This document shows positions 15,446 to 23,690 of a DNA stretch of 37,458 nt, in pieces. The notes beneath the pieces were generated by a model that saw only the letters and a program-made list of their open reading frames with translations, did not search any database and was not told the DNA's origin. The position numbers were made by a program, and so were the translations under genes. The stretch is from a virus. Its lineage: Duplodnaviria; Caudoviricetes. Where the stretch lies: IMG/VR virus record IMGVR_UViG_3300012933_000187, positions 1 to 37,458 of that record, one strand, 5' to 3'. Every line of letters starts with the position of its first letter. Within the stretch, counting starts at the first letter, position 1.

Positions 15446-15958
15446 ATGTCACAACTCGCATTGACCACAGACACCCAGCTCCCTGATTGGCTGCAGGCCC
15501 CTGCCTCCAACAAGCAGGTGATCGCCGAGCTTAACCAGACCATGTTCGAGAATATGTTCGAGGTGGCTTTGGTGCGCATCGCCTGCGGGGTCCCGCTCAA
15601 GGAAATCTTGGCCGAGGACTTCCGGCAGCCTGAGTATGAGCACTTCCTTCGTTGGATTCACAAAGACGAGGGGCGCAAATCGCGCTACTACGAAGCCCAA
15701 GAGATGGGTGCTGAGATGGTCGCCAGCGAGATGCTCGAGATTGCCGATGCCAGCGACTCACTTGAGGACGTGGCGCGATCGACCCTGCGCATCAACACCC
15801 GCAAGTGGCTCTTGGGCGTTTGGAACCGCAAGCGCTTTGGTGATGTGAAGCAGATCGAACAGAACGTCACGATTGACATGGGTGCAGCGATGGCTGACGC
15901 CCAAAAGCGCGTGGACAACGCACGCACGGTAGATGTAGAAGCTAGGATGGTCCGATGA
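15446..15958 (+). CDS. terS: Terminase small subunit (Sf6 gp1-like)
   Basis: HTH-like start, YYEAQ..GAE....EMLEIAD, ARSTLRINTRKW......KRFGD; ATGA overlap with TerL. Confidence 0.85.
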   Translation: MSQLALTTDTQLPDWLQAPASNKQVIAELNQTMFENMFEVALVRIACGVPLKEILAEDFRQPEYEHFLRWIHKDEGRKSRYYEAQEMGAEMVASEMLEIADASDSLEDVARSTLRINTRKWLLGVWNRKRFGDVKQIEQNVTIDMGAAMADAQKRVDNARTVDVEARMVR

Positions 15959-17490
15959 GTCACAGCCCCACGAACAAAGAGCAGGCGCTGATCACAGACC
16001 TGCTCCAGTTTAAGTACGACCCATTGGGCTTTGTGCTCTATGCGTTCCCTTGGGGCGTCAAGGGCACACCACTCGAGAAGCTCAAGGGGCCTAGGTCGTG
16101 GCAGAAGGTGGAGTTCGAACGCATCGGGGAGCACATGCTGCTCGATCTCGAGCGCCAGCGCATCGGGCTGGGACCTTCACCGATTTATTTGGCGATTTCA
16201 TCAGGTCGCGGGATTGGTAAGTCTGCGTTTCTGGCCATGCTCGATATGTGGGTCATGTCCTGCTGGATCGGGGCCACCACCATCGTGACCGCCAACACCG
16301 AGACACAGCTGCGCTCCAGAACCATGGCCGAGTTGGGCAAGTGGCACACCATGGCCATCAACCGCCACTGGTTCGAGAAGAGTTCGATGAGTTTAAGACC
16401 AGCGAAGTGGTTCGCCCAGCTGATCGAGGCCCAGCTAAAGATGGACACCCAGTATTACTACACCGATGCACAATCGTGGAGTGAAGAGAACCCTGACGCG
16501 TTCGCGGGTGCCCACAGCCAGATCGGCATGATGGTCCAGTTCGATGAAGCGTCCGGTATTCCCGACCCGATCTGGCAGGTGACCGAGGGCTTCTTTACAG
16601 ACTTGGCCCCGTTGCGACTTTGGTTGGCGATCTCGAACCCACGTCGGAACACCGGGCGGTTCTTTGAGTGCTTCCACAAAGACCGTGCATTCTGGGAGAC
16701 ACGCTATATCGATAGTCGAACAGTTGAGGGCGTGGACGGTCAGGTGTACCAGCGCATCGCTGACAAGTACGGCGAAGACAGTGACGTGACCCGTGTCGAA
16801 GTGAAGGGGCAGTTCCCCCGCACCGGCTCCAACCAGTTCATCGGCCGCGAGACCGTGCAAGATGCCGTGGAGCGTGAGCTGCAGCCCGACGATGGTGCAC
16901 CGCTGCTCATGGGCATCGACGTGGCACGCTTCGGCGACGACGAGAGCGTGATCCGCATGCGCCGAGGGCGTGACGCACGCACGATGCCTAAGTTCAAGTA
17001 CCGTGGCAAGAACACCATGGAGCTGGCCACCGAGGCAGCGACCCTCATCGAACGCTACAACCCAGACGCAGTGTTCGTCGACGGTGGTGGTGTGGGTGGC
17101 GGCGTGGTTGACCGTTTGAAGCAGCTGGGCTACCGTGTGATCGAGGTGCAATCAGGCGAGAAGGCCCACGACCCGGAGAAGTACCTGAACAAACGCGCTG
17201 AGATGTGGGGCGAGATGCGCGAGTGGTTGACCTACGGCTGCATCGATGACGACCAAGGTCTGGTTGACGACTTGACCGGACCAGAGTATGGTGTCCACCT
17301 GAAAGGGCAGATCAAGCTCGAGAGTAAGGACTCCATGAAGAAGCGCGGGCTTGCCTCGCCAGACGATGGTGATGCACTCGCACTGACCTTCGCAGAGCCT
17401 GTCGCACGCAGCGACTCGCACATCCTTCGCAAGCGGGCAGGCATGATGGGCCGCACAGCTTCGATGGACTATGATATATTTGCCCAATAA
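15955..17490 (+). CDS. terL: Terminase large subunit
   Basis: SGRGIGKS Walker A, FDEAS Walker B, SNPRR, GIDVARFGDD RNase H-like motif and SPDDGDALALT. Confidence 0.95.
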   Translation: MSHSPTNKEQALITDLLQFKYDPLGFVLYAFPWGVKGTPLEKLKGPRSWQKVEFERIGEHMLLDLERQRIGLGPSPIYLAISSGRGIGKSAFLAMLDMWVMSCWIGATTIVTANTETQLRSRTMAELGKWHTMAINRHWFEKSSMSLRPAKWFAQLIEAQLKMDTQYYYTDAQSWSEENPDAFAGAHSQIGMMVQFDEASGIPDPIWQVTEGFFTDLAPLRLWLAISNPRRNTGRFFECFHKDRAFWETRYIDSRTVEGVDGQVYQRIADKYGEDSDVTRVEVKGQFPRTGSNQFIGRETVQDAVERELQPDDGAPLLMGIDVARFGDDESVIRMRRGRDARTMPKFKYRGKNTMELATEAATLIERYNPDAVFVDGGGVGGGVVDRLKQLGYRVIEVQSGEKAHDPEKYLNKRAEMWGEMREWLTYGCIDDDQGLVDDLTGPEYGVHLKGQIKLESKDSMKKRGLASPDDGDALALTFAEPVARSDSHILRKRAGMMGRTASMDYDIFAQ

Positions 17491-17508
17491 TCTAACTGGA
17501 GAATATCC

Positions 17509-17790
17509 ATGGGAAACGCAATAAGTAGCGTAACGAAAGCTGTCAGCGGCATCGCTGGTAAGTTGCTCGGTGTTGAACAGCCGAACGTGCCTCAGATGGC
17601 AGCACCAACACCACCAACCCCTGCTGAAACACCCTCGGTGGCCACACCAAACGTGCAGGCCGCAGCCCAAGCAGCACGCCGCCGTGAGCGCGTGTCATCT
17701 GGCCGTGCAGCAACCATGCTCTCAGAGGGTGGTAGTGGCGGCGGTGGTGGTAGCGCAAATGTAGGCACCAAGAAGCTCTTAGGTCAGTAA
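17509..17790 (+). CDS. Small virion/tail-assembly protein (T7 gp7.3-like position)
   Basis: Pro-rich middle, RRR..GRAATML, ends KKLLGQ, typical of the gene preceding podovirus portals. Confidence 0.65.
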   Translation: MGNAISSVTKAVSGIAGKLLGVEQPNVPQMAAPTPPTPAETPSVATPNVQAAAQAARRRERVSSGRAATMLSEGGSGGGGGSANVGTKKLLGQ

Positions 17791-17792
17791 TC

Positions 17793-17993
17793 ATGAGTAA
17801 CCTCATATCCAAGGGCGACATGACCAAACTTGAGTTCAAGAGTGGTCCCAAGGAAAAGAAATCTCCTGTTGACGAAGCCAAGGAGTTGGCCGAGGACGCC
17901 GAAGAGGGCAAGATTGCCACAAAGCTCTTGGCTCAAATGAGTAAGACATCCGGCAAGGGTGGCGCTGCCGCCAAAGCACTTCTGAGCAAGTAA
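17793..17993 (+). CDS. Hypothetical protein
   Basis: 66 aa, Lys/Glu-rich, tightly packed. Confidence 0.55.
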   Translation: MSNLISKGDMTKLEFKSGPKEKKSPVDEAKELAEDAEEGKIATKLLAQMSKTSGKGGAAAKALLSK

Positions 17994-17994
17994 C

Positions 17995-18762
17995 ATGACC
18001 GATTCGCACTGGAAACAGCAGTACACGAAGTACGGCACCTACGAGCAAGAGATTGCCCGTGGCAACGTGCGTGGAGCTTACCCAGTGTCGGTCTACGGTA
18101 AGTTGACCGCTACCGGTGCGATAACTCGAACACTGGTACAGACACAAGACGGCACAACGCTGCACGTCCCGCAAGGTGTGCAGATGGCGCTGGTCAGTAC
18201 CAGTGCCAACGACACCGAAGGTGGGTCTGGTGTTCACACCGTAGTGGTCGAGTACCTCAACGGTGACTTAGACCATTCATTCGAGTTGGTGGTCATGAGC
18301 GGCACAACGCCGGTCAACATGATTGCCACTGATGTGCGTTGGGTCTACGCTGTCCACATGGCCACAGCAGGCAACGGTGGCGTGGCCGCTGGCAACATCA
18401 CGGTCACCAATGGTGGCATCACCTACGCTCAAATGGGCACAGGTCAACGCTGTAGCCACTCGTCGTTCTACCGCGTGCCGCGTAACAAAACACTTTACAT
18501 AAGCTCGATGTATGGTGGCTCAAGCAGCGGTAGTGCTGCGACATCCACACTACTCGAGTTTTGCTCAACTCAAATCGATGGTCTGAACCAACAAGAAACG
18601 GGTTTGGTCTACACACAGGCTGGTTTGTCACTGCAAGACAACTCGAGCACGTTGTCGCTGAACGTCCCGCTGCCAGTAATGGCTGGTCACATTGCTGGCT
18701 TCATTGCAACCTGCGACAAAGGTGCGACAATCACGGCTGGCTTCATAGGATGGGTCGAATAA
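17995..18762 (+). CDS. Hypothetical beta-rich (Thr/Gly/Val) protein, possibly virion-associated
   Basis: 255 aa with STSAND...G, G..AGNIT and YRVPRNKTLY motifs; stop overlaps the portal ATG. Confidence 0.7.
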   Translation: MTDSHWKQQYTKYGTYEQEIARGNVRGAYPVSVYGKLTATGAITRTLVQTQDGTTLHVPQGVQMALVSTSANDTEGGSGVHTVVVEYLNGDLDHSFELVVMSGTTPVNMIATDVRWVYAVHMATAGNGGVAAGNITVTNGGITYAQMGTGQRCSHSSFYRVPRNKTLYISSMYGGSSSGSAATSTLLEFCSTQIDGLNQQETGLVYTQAGLSLQDNSSTLSLNVPLPVMAGHIAGFIATCDKGATITAGFIGWVE

Positions 18763-20399
18763 TGGCTGATGTAGAACAAATTTTGCAGCGTTACCAATCA
18801 ATCAAGGGCAGTCGCTCTAATTGGGAAACGCATTGGGAAGAGATCGCGGAGCGTGTGCTACCGCGTCAAATGGGCTTCTTGGGCGCACGCACTGACGGCG
18901 AGAAGAAGACCCAAAAAGTATTTGACTCCAAGCCAATGATTGCGCTTGAGCGCTTTGCTGCGGTGATGGACTCCATGTTGACCCCACGTCAGCAGAAGTG
19001 GCACAACCTGCGCACGACTGACGAAAAGTTGAACAGCAATTTTGAAGTACAAGATTGGTTCTACAAGGTCAACAACATCCTGTACTCGAGCCGCTACTCA
19101 CCCAAGGCCAACTTCGCTGGTCAAAATAGTGAGCGCTGGACCTCCGTGGGTGCGTTTGGCACTGGCTCGTTGTTCATCGATTTTCAACCGGGTGTGGGTC
19201 TGCGCTATCGTTGCGTGAACCTGCGCGATACATATTTCCTCGAGAATCATCAGGGCATGATCGACACGGTTTACCGTGAGTTCAAGTTTACCGCACGCCA
19301 AGCTGCACAGCAATGGGGTGAGAAGAACCTGCCCGAGCGCATCATGAAAGCGCTTCAAGAACCGAAGAGTCAAACCCAGACCTTCTCGTTCGTTCATGTG
19401 GTTGCGCCGCGCGAAGACTTTGACCCTACCCGTGCAGACGCACGCGGTAAGCCCTATGCGTCCTACTACATCTCGGTCCAAGACCGCGTGTTGGTGGCCC
19501 CAGAAGGTGGTTACACGAGCTTCCCATACTCCATCAGTCGTTATGTGACTGCCCCTGACGAGGTCTACGGACGTTCGCCAGCGATGTCGGCCCTGCCAGA
19601 CATCAAGATGCTCAATGAGATGGCCAAGACCGACATCCGTGCGGTCCACAAGCTCATCGATCCCCCGATCTTGCTGCATGATGACGGCATCTTGGGTGGT
19701 GGCTCCATGACCGTGAACATGCGTCCCGGTGGTTTGAACGTGGGTGGTGTGAACCGCAACGGTCAGGCCATGATGCAACCGTTTGGTACTGGCGCTCGTG
19801 TTGACATCAACGAAAACAAGATGCAACAGCGCCGCGACAGCATCGATGATGCGTTCTTGGTCACCCTGTTCCAAATCTTGGTGGACACACCACGCATGAC
19901 CGCGACTGAGGCGTTGATTCGTGCTCAGGAAAAGGGCATGCTGTTGACTCCTACCATGGGCCGCCAACAATCAGAATCCCTTGGTCCATTGATCGAGCGT
20001 GAGCTTGACCTGTTGGCATTCCATGGCAAATTGCCACCCATGCCTCAGATCTTGATTGATGCCGGTGGTGACTATGAGATCACCTACGACTCACCAATGA
20101 GCCGCATGCAGCGTGCTGAAGAGCTGGTGGGTGTGCAGCGCACGATGGAGCTGTTGGCCCCGTTTGCGCAGATGGACCCAACTGTGCTGGACGTGTTCGA
20201 CAAGGACCAACTCGCACGATTGACCGCAGAAGTGTCTGGTGTGCCAACGCCTATCCTGCGCAGCCCAGATGCTGTTGCAGAGATTCGCGCACAGCGTGCG
20301 CAGGCCGAAGCCGATGCCGCCATGGTTCAAGCTGCCCAGCCCATTGCTGGCGCAATGAAGGACGCTGCACAAGCCAACCAGTTGCTTCAAGGACAGTAA
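18762..20399 (+). CDS. Portal (head-to-tail connector) protein
   Basis: Likely start MADVEQ at 18762 (TAATG). RSNWETHWEEIA, YGRSPAM.ALPDIKMLN and MTATE...R..EK motifs of T7/BPP-1-type portals. Confidence 0.93.
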   Translation: MADVEQILQRYQSIKGSRSNWETHWEEIAERVLPRQMGFLGARTDGEKKTQKVFDSKPMIALERFAAVMDSMLTPRQQKWHNLRTTDEKLNSNFEVQDWFYKVNNILYSSRYSPKANFAGQNSERWTSVGAFGTGSLFIDFQPGVGLRYRCVNLRDTYFLENHQGMIDTVYREFKFTARQAAQQWGEKNLPERIMKALQEPKSQTQTFSFVHVVAPREDFDPTRADARGKPYASYYISVQDRVLVAPEGGYTSFPYSISRYVTAPDEVYGRSPAMSALPDIKMLNEMAKTDIRAVHKLIDPPILLHDDGILGGGSMTVNMRPGGLNVGGVNRNGQAMMQPFGTGARVDINENKMQQRRDSIDDAFLVTLFQILVDTPRMTATEALIRAQEKGMLLTPTMGRQQSESLGPLIERELDLLAFHGKLPPMPQILIDAGGDYEITYDSPMSRMQRAEELVGVQRTMELLAPFAQMDPTVLDVFDKDQLARLTAEVSGVPTPILRSPDAVAEIRAQRAQAEADAAMVQAAQPIAGAMKDAAQANQLLQGQ

Positions 20400-20651
20400 T
20401 TGACAATCAATCCAATGACTCTAATTCGACGCCGTGCCTACAAGGCGGCGTTCAACAGTCCAGAAGGCCGCAAAGTCTTGGCCGACCTTCGGAGATTCTG
20501 CCGGGCAAACATGCCCACCGCAGACATCAACAATGTCCAAGCAACGTATCTCCTCGAAGGTCGACGCGAGGTGTGGTGCCGCATTCAGGCTCACCTTCAA
20601 CTTACCGAAGAGGATGTTTACACACTGATCGAGGAATATCCAAATGAGTGA
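20400..20651 (+). CDS. Bbp19-like protein
   Basis: YKAAFNSPEGRKVLADLRRFC...EGRREV, conserved after the portal in BPP-1-like podoviruses. Confidence 0.75.
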   Translation: MTINPMTLIRRRAYKAAFNSPEGRKVLADLRRFCRANMPTADINNVQATYLLEGRREVWCRIQAHLQLTEEDVYTLIEEYPNE

Positions 20652-21462
20652 CCCTACTGCCGCCCAACCGGGCGATAACGGTGGTGCCAATAACGGTGCT
20701 GCTGGTGCCGGTAATCCATCCCCATGGAATGCAGGTTTCGACGAAGACACCAATGCCTATGTCAGCAACAAAGGCTGGCAAGGTGTTCCCGATATTTTGA
20801 ACAGCTATCGCAACTTGGAAAAGTTTGCCGGTGGTAGCAAAAATCTTTTGGAACTGCCCGGTGCTGATGCTGATGCAACAGCGCTTGATGCGTTCTACAA
20901 CAAGTTGGGCCGCCCAGAGTCGCCCGATAAATACGGTCTCAAAATGCCTGACGGTGGTGATGCTGAACTGTCCGAATGGTTCAAGCAAAATGCCCACAAG
21001 ACAGGTTTGACCGACAAACAAGCAGCAACGCTGTTTGACGCATGGAACGAAATGACCTCCACGCGCACACAAGCGATGCAGCAACAAGCTCTGGCAAGCT
21101 CAGAGCGCGAAATCGCAGACTTGCAAAAAGAGTGGGGTCAAGGCTACGAAGCCCAGATCGACTCAGGCAAGCGTGCGGTGGCAGCCTTGGGTTATGACGC
21201 TGAAAAGCTCAACGCTCTTGAGAGCAAGATGGGCACAGCTGAAATGCTGAAACTGTTCGCTGCTGTTGGCTCCAAGATGGGTGAAGACTCATTCGCTGAC
21301 GGCAACCGCTCGGGCAATACCACCTTCGGTCTCACACCTGCTGCTGCAAAGCAACAGATCGCTGATCTGAAGATGGACAAGAACTTCATGGGTGAGTATT
21401 TGAACGGCAACAAAGATGCTGTCGCAAAGATGCAACGCCTGATGGGATTCGCACATGCCTGA
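20644..21462 (+). CDS. Capsid scaffolding/assembly protein
   Basis: SYRNLEK, YNKLGRPE...Y, GLTDKQA and LQKEWG; lies between portal and MCP. Confidence 0.8.
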   Translation: MSDPTAAQPGDNGGANNGAAGAGNPSPWNAGFDEDTNAYVSNKGWQGVPDILNSYRNLEKFAGGSKNLLELPGADADATALDAFYNKLGRPESPDKYGLKMPDGGDAELSEWFKQNAHKTGLTDKQAATLFDAWNEMTSTRTQAMQQQALASSEREIADLQKEWGQGYEAQIDSGKRAVAALGYDAEKLNALESKMGTAEMLKLFAAVGSKMGEDSFADGNRSGNTTFGLTPAAAKQQIADLKMDKNFMGEYLNGNKDAVAKMQRLMGFAHA

Positions 21463-21706
21463 TCTTCACGAAATTCGCTTGCGGATTCTTGAAGCTGTGC
21501 TTCCCCAAGCTACCCGCGTGGCGCTTGGGGAACCTGACCACATCGTGACAGTTTGTACACATTTGGAAAAATATGTGCTAGACTCCGCGCAAATCGGTGA
21601 GAAGTTATCGGACTCACCAACCAAACGTCCACCGGGTCGGCCCTCTATCAAGGGGACAACCAACCACGAGTCGAATGGCAACCTCGGCCCCGCTACTGGT
21701 GGATAA
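21455..21706 (+). CDS. Hypothetical protein
   Basis: EIRLRILE...LEKYV pattern; 3' end overlaps RNA hairpins. Confidence 0.55.
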   Translation: MPDLHEIRLRILEAVLPQATRVALGEPDHIVTVCTHLEKYVLDSAQIGEKLSDSPTKRPPGRPSIKGTTNHESNGNLGPATGG

Positions 21707-21755
21707 GTCGAATCAACCGCCCGATTTTTGATTCAACTTTTTTGGAGTATTCACC

Positions 21756-22631
21756 ATGAGTGACCAAATTTCTACTGCCTTTGTGCAGCAGTACACCACA
21801 AACGTTGGTTTGCTGTTGCAACAACGCGGCTCTAAGCTGCGTGACGCCGTCTCTGTGGGTTCTTACACTGGTAAGGCCGCTAAAGCTGTTGAGCAGATCG
21901 GTTCTGTAACCGCTCAAGCTCGTACAAGCCGCCACAGCGACACTCCCCTGATCTCGACTCCTCACGATGCTCGTTGGGTTTTCCCAACTGACTATGAGTG
22001 GGCTGACTTGATCGACGACCAAGACAAATTGCGCATGCTGATCGATCCGACCAGCCCATACGCAATCAACGGTGCTTACGCCTTGGGTCGCGCAATGGAT
22101 CAATTGATCGTTGACGCTGCTTTGGGTACAGCCAAGACCGGTGAAAACGGTACAACCAGCACTTCGTTCGCTACAGCCACTCAACAAGTGACTGTCGGTG
22201 GTACACCAGTTGGTTTGACTGTTGCCAAGCTCCGCTCTGCCAAGAAAATCTTGTTGTCGAACGAAGTTGACATGGAAATGGACCCTCTGTACATCGCCGT
22301 GACTGCCAAGCAGTTGGACGACTTGTTGGGCACCACCGAAGTGACTTCTTCTGACTACAACACCGTGAAAGCATTGGTGCAAGGTCAAGTTGACACATTC
22401 ATGGGCTTCAAGTTCATCCACACTGAATTGTTGGGTGTGAACGGTTCGAGCCATCGTCGTGTTGTTGCTTGGGCTAAGTCCGGCATTCACCTCGGCATGT
22501 GGAACGACATCAATTCCAAGATCGACCAACGCGCTGACAAGTCGTATTCGACTCAGGTGTACGTCAAGGGTACCTTTGGTGCCACACGTACCGAAGAGAA
22601 GAAGGTCGTTGAAATCTTGTGCGCTGAGTAA
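21756..22631 (+). CDS. Major capsid protein
   Basis: AFVQQY..NV..LLQQRGSKLR, DDQDKLRMLIDPTS, ALGRAMD, ALVQGQVDTFMGFKF and GATRTEE; GGAG SD; highly biased codons. Confidence 0.92.
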   Translation: MSDQISTAFVQQYTTNVGLLLQQRGSKLRDAVSVGSYTGKAAKAVEQIGSVTAQARTSRHSDTPLISTPHDARWVFPTDYEWADLIDDQDKLRMLIDPTSPYAINGAYALGRAMDQLIVDAALGTAKTGENGTTSTSFATATQQVTVGGTPVGLTVAKLRSAKKILLSNEVDMEMDPLYIAVTAKQLDDLLGTTEVTSSDYNTVKALVQGQVDTFMGFKFIHTELLGVNGSSHRRVVAWAKSGIHLGMWNDINSKIDQRADKSYSTQVYVKGTFGATRTEEKKVVEILCAE

Positions 22632-22645
22632 TAGGAGAAATAATC

Positions 22646-23071
22646 ATGGCTCAAACTTACGCAACCGAGATTTCCGGTCAATCTGCAACTCCCGTCACCA
22701 TGGCAAATGGTGGTGTCGTTGGTGGCCGTCTGCGCCGCTTCCGCGCCACTGTGACCTTGGCTTCGCAAGCATCTGGCGACACAATCGTGTTGACCAAAGT
22801 GCCTGCTGGCTATGCGTTCGCATACGGTGTGATCAACGCTTCTGCAACCTTGGGTGCTTCTGCAACCTTGGCCATCGGTAACGCTACAACAGCCGGTAAA
22901 TACCGCGCTGCTGCTGTGTTTACCGCTGCTGCACCAACATTGTTTGGTGACGTTGCTGCACAAGACGATGTTGCTCTCACCACACAAGAAACAGTCCTCG
23001 CTACAGTTGGTGCTGCTGCTCTCCCAAGCAGCGGTACTCTGTGTGTTGACTTGTTCTTCTCGGCTCCCTAA
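22646..23071 (+). CDS. Capsid cement/decoration protein (Bbp16-like position)
   Basis: Ala/Thr-rich, beta-sandwich-like 141 aa directly after the MCP; AGGAG SD; followed by a terminator. Confidence 0.65.
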   Translation: MAQTYATEISGQSATPVTMANGGVVGGRLRRFRATVTLASQASGDTIVLTKVPAGYAFAYGVINASATLGASATLAIGNATTAGKYRAAAVFTAAAPTLFGDVAAQDDVALTTQETVLATVGAAALPSSGTLCVDLFFSAP

Positions 23072-23084
23072 TTAGGGAAAACCG

Positions 23085-23117
23085 GACAAGGGGCTTCGGC
23101 CCCTTGTCTCATTTTTT
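23085..23117 (+). terminator. Rho-independent terminator after the capsid genes
   Basis: GACAAGGGGC-TTCG-GCCCCTTGTC with a cUUCGg loop, then a T-tract. Confidence 0.8.
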
Positions 23118-23128
23118 CAGGTGACGCT

Positions 23129-23689
23129 ATGCCCTCAGTCGTTGACATTTGCAATAAATCCCTCGACAAACTGGGACATGGACCGATCACCAGTTTAGAA
23201 GACGGAACCAAGGCGGCAAACCTTTGCCTGCGCAATTGGCACATCATTCGTGATCAAGTGCTGCGCGACCACCCTTGGAATTTTGCCGTTAAGCGCTCTG
23301 TGTTAGCGCCGAGTAGTGACACCCCTGCGTGGGGGTTCACATATAAATTTCCACTCCCTGCTGACAGTCTGCGACTCTTGGAAGTCCGTGATATGTCGAC
23401 AGCTGAGTACCAAGTCGAATCTGGCCACATCATGGCCAATGATGACGCGCTCTACATTCGCTACACCCGCAAAGTCACCGACCCGAACGAGTTTGATGCT
23501 CTGTTTGTCGACACGGTGGCCACGCGCTTGGCGTTTGAAATCTGCGAAGCATTGACTCAAAGCAACTCGAAGAAATCCGAATTGTGGAGCGAATACGATG
23601 ACAGCATCACTCGTGCCAAACGTGCGGATGGGCAAGAAAACCCACCCGTGATGTTTGAAGAAGACGAGTGGATCAACGTGAGGTATTGA
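23129..23689 (+). CDS. Tail tubular protein A (adaptor)
   Basis: SVVDICNKSL..LG...I, VLRDHPWNFA and YKFPLPADSLR. Confidence 0.88.
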   Translation: MPSVVDICNKSLDKLGHGPITSLEDGTKAANLCLRNWHIIRDQVLRDHPWNFAVKRSVLAPSSDTPAWGFTYKFPLPADSLRLLEVRDMSTAEYQVESGHIMANDDALYIRYTRKVTDPNEFDALFVDTVATRLAFEICEALTQSNSKKSELWSEYDDSITRAKRADGQENPPVMFEEDEWINVRY

Positions 23690-23690
23690 G

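Noticed and set aside
18561-18761. N-terminal extension of the portal ORF
   Set aside because: Overlaps the upstream gene; the TAATG-coupled ATG at 18762 gives a normal portal start.
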